From Escherichia phage vB-EcoP-XT32: DNA of 64,000 nucleotides. Below the pieces are notes generated by a model. The model had not been told where the DNA came from. It saw only the letters and a program-made list of their open reading frames with translations, and did not search any database. Location: the sequence record OR757435; one strand, written 5' to 3'. Positions 48,017-58,398 of this stretch are shown piece by piece (position 1 is the stretch's first letter; each line of letters begins with the position of its first letter). A program made the position numbers and the translations under genes.

Positions 48017-49800
48017 GGTGAAGCTCCATCTGCTTGATTGACGAGAGAAGCTGCATCCTCTCCGTTAGTCAAAACGAATGGATTATCTTCATCAACTTCA
48101 AAGTCTTCCCTTTCTACAAGTCTACCGGTTTCGCTGATATACTTAGTATAGCAGACACCTGTCTGACCGTAGTTACGTTCTTTCAGTAATCGAATGACTG
48201 AGAGGTTCTTAGCTAAGCCGTCAGCTTGCTTGTCACGCTCAAAGCCAATGATACACTGACACCAACGCATAAGGGAACGAGAGCCAGTGAACTGTACTTC
48301 ACGTACCTGTCCACCTTCTTCGTGAGGAGCACCACCTGCCGGAGCATTAAGGTGAGATAGCACGAAAGCGGTAAAGTCTAACTCTTTACACATACCAGCA
48401 AGCTCTGAAGCAATCTTACTGATCTCAGTGTTAATCTCTGAAGGTGTTAAATGAGATACCAGAGCGGTAATGTTATCGAGGATGATGAACTTACACTGGT
48501 TTTCAACTACCCAGAAACGGATACACTGTTTAATGTCTTCCCATTCGTTCTGCCCGAAGTTGTCATACAAGAAGAATTTGTCTGCATAACGAAGTGCTTC
48601 ATTACGCAAATCCTCTTCATCATATTCAACATCTGGTCGGTGGAAAGGAATTGATGCTGACTTACCAGCGATGTTCTTAACAGACATGCCTACCTTCTCT
48701 TCCAAGAAGAAGCCACCTCCATTAAAACCATGCTCTAAGCACAGATGAGCAACCAGCTCGTGAGCAATTAGTGTTTTACCACTACCTACACCACCACCGA
48801 TGGCTACCACCTCTCCCCATCGAATACCGAAGGTCATCTCATTCAGAGTCTTCCACGGATATGGAATACCCCACTCCGCTTTCTTCAGAGCATCATCAAG
48901 GCAATCAAAGATTGTTACAGCACCAGCAGGAGATTCCCGCTTTGCTGAATACTTGAGAATGTTGAATAACTCTTGACCACGACCAGACAGAAGCATGTCA
49001 TTCGCATCCTTAATCTCTTTCTCCACACCGTTGTATGGGAAAGTTCCTTTAGGAATACGAGCAAACTTGACATGAGGGAATAAAGAACGACCTTTTGTTA
49101 AAGCTATCTCACCTGCATCGTCATTGTCCATGCAGAGCACAACCTCCTCAAAACCATTTACGAAGTCTCGATTACGAGACAACACAGAAGAGATTGAACC
49201 TGCACCGAACGGTAAAGAAACACATGCTGGCTTAATATTTGTTGCATTTGTAAAAGCTGTAAGGACATGGAAACCAGACATACAAGATAGCGGGTCTTCA
49301 AAAATAAACAGCTTCTTGTTGTACACATCTCCACGTTGAGCTTGTGCCATACCAAATAAGTCTGCTTCTTTCACACTGCCAACGTAATAAAACTTCTTAC
49401 TATCTAGCAGCTTAACCTCGTAACCAACAATGTTTCCATCACGTTCACGAGGAAAGAAGTAGCTGTCTGGAGTCTGACCATCAGTCTGACTTAGACCAAT
49501 GCGACACTCAAAACGCTCTGATACAGCTTTAGGGATTAAACGTCGAGTAAGTTCACCCTGAGGAAGCTCTAAGCAATCATCTAAGACTTCTCTTAACTCT
49601 TCAGGGGATAACTCTTTCTTCTCATTTGGAGTAGGTGTAGTGCCCTTTTCGAACACTTCGTAATTCCCACAACGGTTACAACTTCCCCACTCCTCACCTG
49701 TCTCTTCGTTACGGAAGAGAATCATGTGGTTGTGGGTTTTATCACGACCATGAGAGATACATTCCTTACAACCTGTGTCTCCCAAAATGATCTTTGACAT
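48010..49800 (-). CDS. primase-helicase (T7 gp4-like)
   Basis: 596 aa; N-terminal zinc ribbon (CKEC ... CNRC), TOPRIM-like middle, C-terminal DnaB-like helicase with Walker [10 protein letters not shown]. Confidence 0.85.
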   Translation of the reverse strand: MSKIILGDTGCKECISHGRDKTHNHMILFRNEETGEEWGSCNRCGNYEVFEKGTTPTPNEKKELSPEELREVLDDCLELPQGELTRRLIPKAVSERFECRIGLSQTDGQTPDSYFFPRERDGNIVGYEVKLLDSKKFYYVGSVKEADLFGMAQAQRGDVYNKKLFIFEDPLSCMSGFHVLTAFTNATNIKPACVSLPFGAGSISSVLSRNRDFVNGFEEVVLCMDNDDAGEIALTKGRSLFPHVKFARIPKGTFPYNGVEKEIKDANDMLLSGRGQELFNILKYSAKRESPAGAVTIFDCLDDALKKAEWGIPYPWKTLNEMTFGIRWGEVVAIGGGVGSGKTLIAHELVAHLCLEHGFNGGGFFLEEKVGMSVKNIAGKSASIPFHRPDVEYDEEDLRNEALRYADKFFLYDNFGQNEWEDIKQCIRFWVVENQCKFIILDNITALVSHLTPSEINTEISKIASELAGMCKELDFTAFVLSHLNAPAGGAPHEEGGQVREVQFTGSRSLMRWCQCIIGFERDKQADGLAKNLSVIRLLKERNYGQTGVCYTKYISETGRLVEREDFEVDEDNPFVLTNGEDAASLVNQADGASPW

Positions 49801-49826
49801 GCTCTTCCTCCTTGGAATCCTTGAGC

Positions 49827-50030
49827 TTAGTAGAACGAACGAATTTCATCCCACACTTGTTCCTGTTCTTTCCTATAAAAAGAAAGTTGGGTCTTGAACA
49901 TCTCCACTGATGATTCAAAGTTTTTAGATTGTGCAGCTTCAACGAAACGTTCATGTCGGTTGATTTTGCACCGTAGCATTAAATACTTGGCTTCAAGTCT
50001 CCGAAGAGCCTGTCTTTTCTCAAGATTCAC
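49827..50030 (-). CDS. hypothetical protein
   Basis: 67-aa helical ORF. Confidence 0.4.
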   Translation of the reverse strand: MNLEKRQALRRLEAKYLMLRCKINRHERFVEAAQSKNFESSVEMFKTQLSFYRKEQEQVWDEIRSFY

Positions 50031-50439
50031 TTTTCAGATACTCTGACCAGTCGCCAGATTCAACCAGAACGTCTTGTTCTTCGTCAATGTGATAAATCCA
50101 AGCGATAACAGTTTCACCTGAGTCCAGCTTAACGGCAATCTGGGTGCGTTGATAGAAGCTGTCTTCAGGGCTACGTTTGTTGTAACCTTCCAGTCGGTCA
50201 TATGGGCCTTCCAGACCTGCTTTGTCAGTAGCAAACACTTCTACACGAACAGGCTTATTGTTATTGCTGTGTGCAAGAGAGATGCTTGGGAAGTAGGAAC
50301 CACCATAACGGAACAGATCAAAGTTGTCTTCAGTCCAACCTTCACCGATTGACTTAGCACCAGCTCGGTCATTAACTAGATAGTTAGCTTGACCACGACG
50401 AAGAGAACCATAAGTTGCTACGTAAATTACTTCTGACAT
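50020..50439 (-). CDS. gamma-glutamyl cyclotransferase-like (GGCT/AIG2 family)
   Basis: 139 aa; N-terminal VATYGSLRRGQANY matches the YGSL motif of AIG2/GGCT-like proteins. Confidence 0.65.
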   Translation of the reverse strand: MSEVIYVATYGSLRRGQANYLVNDRAGAKSIGEGWTEDNFDLFRYGGSYFPSISLAHSNNNKPVRVEVFATDKAGLEGPYDRLEGYNKRSPEDSFYQRTQIAVKLDSGETVIAWIYHIDEEQDVLVESGDWSEYLKSES

Positions 50440-50440
50440 T

Positions 50441-50650
50441 TTAAATACCTTTCCAGTCTTTCATGATGTTTTCAATATAAGCACACTGCTGATCAGTGGC
50501 TCCTGTTACAAACACTTCTAACCCCAACTGCTCGCAGAAGGGATTAAGAATCAATATTCTGGTTTGTCCGTATGAGTGATGCTCTCGGTAGATAACACAC
50601 CCGGCATCCCATACAGAGTCAATGGCTTTACTTAATCTTTCATGTTTCAT
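50441..50650 (-). CDS. hypothetical protein
   Basis: 69-aa ORF. Confidence 0.4.
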   Translation of the reverse strand: MKHERLSKAIDSVWDAGCVIYREHHSYGQTRILILNPFCEQLGLEVFVTGATDQQCAYIENIMKDWKGI

Positions 50651-50703
50651 AAAACCTCCAGTTTATCCGAACTAGCCTCCTCTTTCGAAGAGGCTAAAGC
50701 AGA

Positions 50704-50889
50704 TTACTCTGTAATAAAGATTTTGATTACACCGCAGATTGCCGCACTTTCAAACACTGCAACAGCTTCACTTCCTTGAAAGAAGGCCACTTTGCCATCA
50801 GAGAAGTTAAACATGTCAGCATCTAGGTCCATAGCTCGCATTTCGCCAGCTGCATTGGTGTCTTTAAACAGAACTTTATACTTATTCAC
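50704..50889 (-). CDS. hypothetical protein
   Basis: 61-aa ORF. Confidence 0.35.
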   Translation of the reverse strand: MNKYKVLFKDTNAAGEMRAMDLDADMFNFSDGKVAFFQGSEAVAVFESAAICGVIKIFITE

Positions 50890-51134
50890 AGATATGTTAC
50901 TCCTTTGTCTTGTTGTGCTTCAGTGATGATACGTTCTACGCATTCCATAGAGTATTTATCACCACGTTTTAGGAAAGTTACAATTGCAGAGAATTGATTA
51001 CCAACCATTCGCTGATTAGTAATACCCCACTCCTCACACAATTTACGCAACTCTTTACGAGAGCCTACAATAAGAGGCTCTTTTTGTTCCATCATTCCAT
51101 TTTGTACTAGATCTTCCAATGAAAACATATCCAT
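50886..51134 (-). CDS. hypothetical protein
   Basis: 82-aa ORF. Confidence 0.4.
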   Translation of the reverse strand: MDMFSLEDLVQNGMMEQKEPLIVGSRKELRKLCEEWGITNQRMVGNQFSAIVTFLKRGDKYSMECVERIITEAQQDKGVTYL

Positions 51135-51140
51135 ATATCC

Positions 51141-52337
51141 TTAGTAGTTTACAACAGTGCCATCATTCAGGGTAAGACTATTAATCTGCAACACACGACC
51201 AAGCTGACGATCGCTAATCGGTGCGTTCCAGCCAGAGCGGTAGAAGTTACGACCACAGAAGAACAAGATCACATTACTTGCTACAGTTGAACCGTTCTCA
51301 GGGTGCTTGATGTTAGCAATATAATAGCCACGACGTAAAGCACGACGGGTTACAGGGTTGATCTCTAACCCTTGTTCTTCAACTTGCATTGTTTCAGGAA
51401 CAGGTTCCGAAGACTCTTCAGCAACTGGTTCAGCTGTCAATGCAAAGTTCTCGTCATCTGCCGATTCAGCAAATTCTTCTTCCACTTCTTCAACAGGCAG
51501 TTCGTAAGCAACGCGGTAGTCAGGGTCAACACCAGAGAAGCTCTTAACAAACTCAACGATGTTGTGAGTATAAGTTTCCAGAGTTGTTCCAGTCAGTCCC
51601 GGAGCTGTGTTAACTTCCAGAACCCAAGCGTTAGAACCTTTACTAATCAGGTCAACAGCACCGAAGTTCAAACCCAGAGCAGATACAGCTTTGTGAGCTT
51701 GAATCAGAACTTGATCAGGAGGCGCTTCAGTGAAGGCGTTAGAATAAACCCAACCAGTGTGATGGTTACGAATATCTTCACGATATGTTGACAGATCGCG
51801 ATAACCGTTACGACGAATCTTCTTCTGAACGTAAGTGATAACGCCTTCGAACACATGAACACGCCATTCACGACGTGGGCCTTGAATGCCTTTGGTATAT
51901 AGAGGGGCACGGGAAATACCTTCCGTCGGAAGACGAACAATAATACCTTCACCGGAGTGCCCATTTAGGATTCCACGCTCATAAACAATTTCGTTCTGGT
52001 TCCAATCTGAAGCCACACTCTGACTTACGGTATACTCTACAGTAGATACCCCAGCAGCTTCCAAAGTTTGAAATGCTGTAACCTTATTAGCTGCTCGGTT
52101 CAAGGCAACCACAGAGTTCAACACAGTTGCCCCACCAAAGAAAGAATCGTTGTATCGACGGTTTCCGTAGTTGACAACAATATCACCAACCCGAGAACGA
52201 TAACGAGAACCCTCTGATACCAGAGACATTACGTTAGCATTTAAGCGGAGTTCCTGAATCTTAGTATTGATTGCAGAAGTAAGTTCACGAACTGAATCAG
52301 AAGGGCCATAAGGAAGAACACGGATACGAGTAGTCAT
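51141..52337 (-). CDS. ATP-grasp ligase (RimK/glutathione synthetase-like) with C-terminal extension
   Basis: 398 aa; ...GAVDLISKGSNAWVLEVNTAPGLTG ATP-grasp C-terminal motif; acidic linker then extra C-terminal domain. Confidence 0.7.
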   Translation of the reverse strand: MTTRIRVLPYGPSDSVRELTSAINTKIQELRLNANVMSLVSEGSRYRSRVGDIVVNYGNRRYNDSFFGGATVLNSVVALNRAANKVTAFQTLEAAGVSTVEYTVSQSVASDWNQNEIVYERGILNGHSGEGIIVRLPTEGISRAPLYTKGIQGPRREWRVHVFEGVITYVQKKIRRNGYRDLSTYREDIRNHHTGWVYSNAFTEAPPDQVLIQAHKAVSALGLNFGAVDLISKGSNAWVLEVNTAPGLTGTTLETYTHNIVEFVKSFSGVDPDYRVAYELPVEEVEEEFAESADDENFALTAEPVAEESSEPVPETMQVEEQGLEINPVTRRALRRGYYIANIKHPENGSTVASNVILFFCGRNFYRSGWNAPISDRQLGRVLQINSLTLNDGTVVNY

Positions 52338-52339
52338 TG

Positions 52340-52564
52340 TTAGATACCTTTAAGTTTAAGAATTTCGTTACGAGTTTTTTGAATCTGAGCTTCAATTTCG
52401 AAGTAGTCGTTGAACGCATCGTTCTCTACTTCATCGGATGGTGCATCAATCAGACCGAAAGCGAACGGATACAGCTTTCGCTGCTCCGTTACTAATTCGA
52501 TATGAACTCCTATGTAGTACTGTAGGAGAGTGATCTTTGGTTTCTTAGGAACCAGATTTGACAT
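52340..52564 (-). CDS. hypothetical small protein within ligase cassette
   Basis: 74-aa ORF. Confidence 0.35.
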   Translation of the reverse strand: MSNLVPKKPKITLLQYYIGVHIELVTEQRKLYPFAFGLIDAPSDEVENDAFNDYFEIEAQIQKTRNEILKLKGI

Positions 52565-52778
52565 GAGGTTCTACCTTAATGCCTTTGATTTTTACATAAT
52601 CAGCAAGTACGTTATTGATCACAGTTGGGAATGGAACCTCAACCTGTGTCTCAAGTACTTGACCAATACCAGCTTGCATCCACTTCTGGATTGCACGAAG
52701 GTTGTCACATCCCGTGCTCGTCATCGGGATACGTCGAGTAGTTACAACGTTATCCAGCATCATCTTACGAATTTCCAT
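52545..52778 (-). CDS. hypothetical small protein within ligase cassette
   Basis: 77-aa ORF. Confidence 0.35.
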   Translation of the reverse strand: MEIRKMMLDNVVTTRRIPMTSTGCDNLRAIQKWMQAGIGQVLETQVEVPFPTVINNVLADYVKIKGIKVEPHVKSGS

Positions 52779-52780
52779 AC

Positions 52781-54811
52781 TTAACCTCTATTCAATGAAC
52801 ATTTAGGAGAATTACAATAAACTTGATTCATAGAACCAAGCGTACAACTTTCAGCATCGCGCCACGGAATCTGCTTAAAACACTCTGAGCAGTAGCCGAG
52901 GGTTGACCACATGGCTTTGGTGAAGTCAGTGCTTCGGTTTCCGTCGAAGCTGACAACAGTTTTGCGGAGAGCTGTTCGTGATTCAGGAAACACACCTGCT
53001 TTCTCAGCAGGTTCCTCCTTTTTTGGCTTAGTTGAGATTGCAAAAATACTGTTGCTACGTTTCTCAACATAAGCATCAACAACATCCTCCAGAGTGATGC
53101 CTGTCTGTTTCGCTGAGGAAGGTAATACAGTCATACGACCGATCATATCTTCAGTTACACGTAAAGCAAACTCAGGACGACGGGCGTTTGTTGTATCTGT
53201 TGCTTTAATCCAGACATAACCATCTTTGATCGTAGCATTAGATACCTTCTTCTTTACATCTACAGCGCAGACTTTACAGATATCTTCACCACGAAGACGA
53301 CTAAGTTCTTCATCGAACTCATTCTCCGTTTTAACTTCACCGCAGATTTCACAAACACCAATAGGAGTTTCCTCCTCTTCTTCATCTTTAGGTTTAGTCA
53401 AACCTTCCAGACATTCAGGGTGCCAGTAGCATTGATATGCGAAGACTGCTTTAGGTGCATCCTTCCAATCAATGTGTTTGTCACAACCACCGCAATCACC
53501 ATGAGAGTGTGCTTCCCAGAATTTACGAGTGATAGTAACGCCATTCTTGTTGACGAAACTATCATTCATATCAAAAGGGATATCATCATCGAAGTCAGCA
53601 GTAGTAGACTCAGGCTCCTTTTTCTCCAGAGATGGGTCAACAAAACGACCTGCTGTGATTACTAAACGAACCATAGCATTAACTTCGGAGATGCAGGATA
53701 CTGTCCCACGGTAAACGATTTTAGGGTCTTTCAGGGCATCCTGATAAGCCTTAATGTCTACGTTATGAACATCGCCTTCAATATACTCTTGAGACTTCTC
53801 ATCGTAGATATAACCAATCATCTTACCACGAGAAGGAACAGCACCAGCTGTTGCATAAGGAACAAACTCATGTGGTGTGATTTCCACAGTCATGTCGCGG
53901 CGAATGTCAATGTTTCGATCGCTTGCGATTTTGTTTTGACTTACCACTGCGTTTCTTCGACGAACGTCTGCCGCTGTCACTCCCGGCTTCGTGTCGTAAG
54001 GATTGCTTGTACTGCTTTTTGAGGAACTTTGATAATTGCTTTGGCTGTAGTTGTTCGAGTAGTAATTGCCCCAACGATTGATTACCGTAAAAACCGGAAG
54101 CTCGTGGGCGACCTCTTCAACTAGAGTCATACTGTTGTTTGACATATCAAAGATATATTCTGTACCAACTTTACATTCAAAGTGCTCATCAATTCGGTTT
54201 TTGTGAGACTTAGAACGCTTCAGAATCCACATCAACATGTCTTCTTCAGAAGCACCAAACCAATCTCTGTTACAACGTGCGAGATGGAAAGGACGCTCTT
54301 CATTACGGATGATATGAAGGCGGTTATCAGAAGCATCATGCCAGATTAAGGTGAAAGCACCATCCAGCTTTTGAATAGTCTCTGCTGCACCAATAGTGTT
54401 AATAGAGTGGCAGATGTTCTCACTGTCTACCTCGAAGTTTTTGCTGTCAGGTAACAGATCTTGGTCCATCAAGGTTCCATTATGAACCAGCGTGATGTTA
54501 CCATGTTGGAAAGGATGGGCGTTCTTGGCGTTAACTGCACCTTTCGTTGCATGACGGCTGTGACCAACAATCCATGAAGGTGCTACAGTGTAAGCTGTTT
54601 CACCAGTGGTGTGCTTCTTGTACTCATCTTGAAGGATGAATGCGAAAGAAGGAAGGGCTTCTTTATAGGTGAAGACTTCCTTAGTGCTCTTACGCTGACC
54701 AAAGATACCAGAGGAGTGTTGTCCTCGGAATACTCCAGCATAAAAGAGTTGGTTAAATACGTCTAAATCAGTGTTTGACAGATTACCGCCAGCTAATACG
54801 ATGCCACAAAT
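52781..54811 (-). CDS. class-II (Ntn) glutamine amidotransferase fused to C-terminal Cys-cluster domain; probable non-ATG (ATT) start
   Basis: Track ORF starts at internal TTG 54472; frame stays open upstream to a TAG, encoding (I)CGIVLAGG ... FRGQHSSGIFG ... NAKNAHPF ... LVHNGTL typical of PurF/GlmS/AsnB-type GATase; AGGTGG 8 nt before ATT-TGT. Confidence 0.7.
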   Translation of the reverse strand: MCGIVLAGGNLSNTDLDVFNQLFYAGVFRGQHSSGIFGQRKSTKEVFTYKEALPSFAFILQDEYKKHTTGETAYTVAPSWIVGHSRHATKGAVNAKNAHPFQHGNITLVHNGTLMDQDLLPDSKNFEVDSENICHSINTIGAAETIQKLDGAFTLIWHDASDNRLHIIRNEERPFHLARCNRDWFGASEEDMLMWILKRSKSHKNRIDEHFECKVGTEYIFDMSNNSMTLVEEVAHELPVFTVINRWGNYYSNNYSQSNYQSSSKSSTSNPYDTKPGVTAADVRRRNAVVSQNKIASDRNIDIRRDMTVEITPHEFVPYATAGAVPSRGKMIGYIYDEKSQEYIEGDVHNVDIKAYQDALKDPKIVYRGTVSCISEVNAMVRLVITAGRFVDPSLEKKEPESTTADFDDDIPFDMNDSFVNKNGVTITRKFWEAHSHGDCGGCDKHIDWKDAPKAVFAYQCYWHPECLEGLTKPKDEEEEETPIGVCEICGEVKTENEFDEELSRLRGEDICKVCAVDVKKKVSNATIKDGYVWIKATDTTNARRPEFALRVTEDMIGRMTVLPSSAKQTGITLEDVVDAYVEKRSNSIFAISTKPKKEEPAEKAGVFPESRTALRKTVVSFDGNRSTDFTKAMWSTLGYCSECFKQIPWRDAESCTLGSMNQVYCNSPKCSLNRG

Positions 54812-54890
54812 TTTCTAATCCACCTGAAGGGTAAACCCTTTCATCTAATTAACCTTTAAATTGTGCCCCTTTGTCAGAGGCACCCATTGA

Positions 54891-55994
54891 TTACAGCGCT
54901 TGCTCTAACTGATTTTCCAGATGATCTGGAATGTACCCTGTGATGTTGTTATCACTGTGGCCTGACTCACGCAGTAAGTCAAAGATAGCACGGATACGTT
55001 GTTCTGGAGCGTGTCTTACTTGAGACAGGTCAGTTGTACGAAGCATAACCAGAATCTCTTGGTACAAGTTGTTAGCATTCCCTCGGACATACCCAAGGAA
55101 TCCGTAGAAGTCTGACATATAACGTAAGTCAACAAGAACATCTCCGTTGGAGTTGGTTCGACGTAAACGAATACGACCAGACTGCTCTACTTCATGAGAA
55201 CGACAATACAAAACATCACGGGCCATACAATACCCTGAATGCAAATCCGATTCGTCCAGATTGTAATCCAGAGGAAGGTAAGGAAGCATTGGGGCAAATC
55301 GTACAGTATTTAAATGCTCAATAAACTGATCATTGCTCATCTCTGCGTTATCTAATGCAAGCTTCTTCAACATCAAGAAGCGGTTAACCAGATTGAGAAG
55401 TTGACCACGTTTCCACTTAGGCTCACTGATACGGAACTCGATCGAACCGTATTGGGCAAGTGGCAGAAGGTTCAGAGATGTATATTTATCCCATGAACGA
55501 ACCAGACGGTTGAAGAACTCTTCATCGTCGTAGTTAAATGCGTCAGAGGCATTCATTACCTGTGCTTGTACCACTGCGAAAGCAGGGCAGAAGTTGCTAC
55601 GGTAACGATGGTAGCCTGAACACTTGAACAACATCTTTTCATAGAAGGTCCAAGCGAGAATGGTTTTCTTGAGGATATTACTATCAGCATCCCTCATATC
55701 CATATGAACGTGAGTAGAGCAACGCCAAGTCCCCTCGGCGTGCGATTCAGCTACTGCTTCACTCAGGTTGTTGATAGCGTCTAACAACTCCTGTCCGTTG
55801 TAAGGTCGTGAACATACCATTTCACAACCATTACGCAGGGAACCATCCTCTGTACAATCCCACATATCTGCTTCGATATGATCGGAACCTTCGAGTTCAA
55901 GTTCAATACCGACACCGCACTGAAGTGCAATTGAACTATGCGCCTCAGTTAAACGACCTTCTCGATATCCAAAAGTTTGCGCTACAGTTGTCAT
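54891..55994 (-). CDS. glutamine synthetase-like COOH-NH2 amidoligase
   Basis: 367 aa; GVGIELELEG, EDGSLRNGCE, STHVHMDMRD resemble amidoligase/GS-like catalytic motifs. Confidence 0.6.
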   Translation of the reverse strand: MTTVAQTFGYREGRLTEAHSSIALQCGVGIELELEGSDHIEADMWDCTEDGSLRNGCEMVCSRPYNGQELLDAINNLSEAVAESHAEGTWRCSTHVHMDMRDADSNILKKTILAWTFYEKMLFKCSGYHRYRSNFCPAFAVVQAQVMNASDAFNYDDEEFFNRLVRSWDKYTSLNLLPLAQYGSIEFRISEPKWKRGQLLNLVNRFLMLKKLALDNAEMSNDQFIEHLNTVRFAPMLPYLPLDYNLDESDLHSGYCMARDVLYCRSHEVEQSGRIRLRRTNSNGDVLVDLRYMSDFYGFLGYVRGNANNLYQEILVMLRTTDLSQVRHAPEQRIRAIFDLLRESGHSDNNITGYIPDHLENQLEQAL

Positions 55995-56608
55995 AACGAA
56001 TCCACCAACGTAATATTGTAATTGCTAAGGTTTTCAGAAATGTGATGAAAGTGTTCCAGAAGTCGCATCGGTTGCTGACCGTAAGAGTCACGAGGCGCTT
56101 CCAGATCTACTTGTCCTACCAGTGCACCTTTATAATGCACCTTACCATCAGTAGGGTTGATGTAAATATAACGAGTGACCAATCCTTCGAATTCAGGATT
56201 GAACAGACTGTAAACCATCTCCCCGGAGATAGCACGACCAACACCCGGAGCATTTCGAATCTTGTTACCCATCAAACCCTTTGCTCTCTGACGAACAGGG
56301 TTAATATGAGTCCAGCTTACAGTGTTACCATTATGGAACAGATAACCAACATCAGGTGATTCAAGAATCAAGGTTGGGTCGAACACTGGAATGTTCATCA
56401 CAGTGTTTCGAAGATTCCCTTGCTCGTTCTTGTACCACTGCTCTACAACAAAGTACAGAGCCTGTTCTGCTTCGTGAGAGAAGTCATCACTGCGGAAGTT
56501 ACCGCTCTGCTCAACACCAATCACAAAACACGGAAGGTTGATATTACCTGCTCGTTTAGCAATCCATGTACCATTATAGTAATGAGAAAAATCAGCTACT
56601 AAGCTCAC
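55991..56608 (-). CDS. hypothetical protein within ligase cassette
   Basis: 205 aa; overlaps neighbours by 4 nt. Confidence 0.5.
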   Translation of the reverse strand: MSLVADFSHYYNGTWIAKRAGNINLPCFVIGVEQSGNFRSDDFSHEAEQALYFVVEQWYKNEQGNLRNTVMNIPVFDPTLILESPDVGYLFHNGNTVSWTHINPVRQRAKGLMGNKIRNAPGVGRAISGEMVYSLFNPEFEGLVTRYIYINPTDGKVHYKGALVGQVDLEAPRDSYGQQPMRLLEHFHHISENLSNYNITLVDSL

Positions 56609-56617
56609 GATAACCTC

Positions 56618-57424
56618 TTATGCTACCTGAAGGAGTTTGATCTGCTGGTCCGCTTCTTTAACGTTGTTGCCGTTAATGATTTCATGAAGCTTCTCAATCG
56701 GAAGGCGAGAGTGCAATGCCATCAGAGTGGACATATCACACTGCTGAACAACCTTGTCAACCTGATCGTAAACAAACTTACGGTTTTCACGATCGCTAAT
56801 CCAGAAATTAGACAGTGAACGGTATTCAATACCATAGTCTTTATAACGGATTGCAGATGCTTTGCCGTACAGTTCTTTACGGCGAGTGTCTTTATCCATA
56901 ATAACTGCTGGGAGGGACAGGAAGTAGTCACACAGCACACCCAGCATCATCTGAGTTTGCAGAGTGATATCCAAAGCACCAACTACGCCGAGATGTACGT
57001 GACCACCGGCAGTACGAAGCCCTTTATTCTGAGAAGTCGGGGATGGATTCTTCTGACCAGTGAAAGCGTTGAAATCAGGAGTACACCCGAAGATGAACGC
57101 TGATTCATTGAAAGTCTTCATCTCTTCTTCAGTGAAGATGTGAGAGCTAACACCCGGAGCTGTTTCCATGTCCAGTTTGTTCAGGACATTGTTGGTGAGA
57201 TCGATACCACGTTGCATGTTGTCGTTAAACGCTTCAAAGCCGCTCTGTGGGTCAATATCAAACTCAGCCAGTACGTTGTCCTCTTGAAGACGAACATCCT
57301 TAGCCAGAGTGATCTTATCGTCCTTAGAACAGCCTAACAGACCAGCCACAGAGGTGATGATGCCATTGCTGGTACGAACGAACATCTCGGGATCGCTCCC
57401 AATAAGGAATTTGCGCTTAGTCAT
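56618..57424 (-). CDS. second GS-like COOH-NH2 ligase-type protein
   Basis: 268 aa; LIGSDPEMF, AEFDIDP, GGHVHLG, IEYRS arranged like GS-fold ligase motifs. Confidence 0.5.
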   Translation of the reverse strand: MTKRKFLIGSDPEMFVRTSNGIITSVAGLLGCSKDDKITLAKDVRLQEDNVLAEFDIDPQSGFEAFNDNMQRGIDLTNNVLNKLDMETAPGVSSHIFTEEEMKTFNESAFIFGCTPDFNAFTGQKNPSPTSQNKGLRTAGGHVHLGVVGALDITLQTQMMLGVLCDYFLSLPAVIMDKDTRRKELYGKASAIRYKDYGIEYRSLSNFWISDRENRKFVYDQVDKVVQQCDMSTLMALHSRLPIEKLHEIINGNNVKEADQQIKLLQVA

Positions 57425-58388
57425 TGTAATACTCCACTAGTTCAGAAAAGAGAGATGAGATTGTGTTACCAACTTCTTCAATAGTAAGGCCAGAGCTTAG
57501 GCCAGTACGCTGAATTAGTCGGGCTGTAAAGTTTTGTACTGTAATGTTTTCCAACTTATTGTCTATTGCTTCACGTTTGTGACCATGACAGTTGGACCAG
57601 AGTCTTAACCACTCTGACATTGTTTCATACTCGTCCGGGTCTTGATCTTTAGCACGAGCAAATCTTCGTAAGGCATCTTGGTTGTGGTTACGAACATAAC
57701 CATTCTCATTGTCACCAACACCGAAGGGGTTTTGAACCCATACTTGCTTCGTGTATTCATCAGAGTCTACAACCAAAGGAAGGAATGCTGCTGCTGACAT
57801 ATTGTTATTAATAACAATAGAGGTGCTCTCGCTACTCCCATTGGCTCTTCCTCGTTGAGACCACCCACCGAAGAAGTCACGACCCAACCCAGCTAACACT
57901 AGAGCGATGCCGATGCGTTTACGCTTCAGCCACTCTTCCCTGTCTTCAATTCCTTCTGCTAGGAAATCCATTCCACGATACTGCCCTTCCAGAATACTAC
58001 GGAAAAGCATAAGTCCTGTGAAGATTTGATCTGCTGGATGCTCACGGAGGTTGACAGCTACACTATTCGCTGAAGTGATTGTAAATACATCACGATAGCA
58101 AGACATAGAGTTCATAATGTCTGCTGTTTCAACCAAGTTCTTTTCAATTTCAGATGGAACATGACCGTGAAAAGAGTGAGTCCAGTAATTCAACATCTCC
58201 AATTGCAAGTTGATATCACGGTTGAAGCGTCTATAACGCCCCTCTTCAGTGATAACTTCACCATTAATATCATTTACACACTGGCCTTGCATATAGTTGT
58301 GGATACCGAAGCACCCACGACCTAAGAACTTCTGTTCCCCTAAATCTTGTTGAAGATTCAGAGGTACGATCGTTGTGGAGATTGACAT
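57417..58388 (-). CDS. hypothetical protein within ligase cassette
   Basis: 323 aa; no recognisable motif. Confidence 0.5.
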   Translation of the reverse strand: MSISTTIVPLNLQQDLGEQKFLGRGCFGIHNYMQGQCVNDINGEVITEEGRYRRFNRDINLQLEMLNYWTHSFHGHVPSEIEKNLVETADIMNSMSCYRDVFTITSANSVAVNLREHPADQIFTGLMLFRSILEGQYRGMDFLAEGIEDREEWLKRKRIGIALVLAGLGRDFFGGWSQRGRANGSSESTSIVINNNMSAAAFLPLVVDSDEYTKQVWVQNPFGVGDNENGYVRNHNQDALRRFARAKDQDPDEYETMSEWLRLWSNCHGHKREAIDNKLENITVQNFTARLIQRTGLSSGLTIEEVGNTISSLFSELVEYYND

Positions 58389-58398
58389 AACTAACCTT

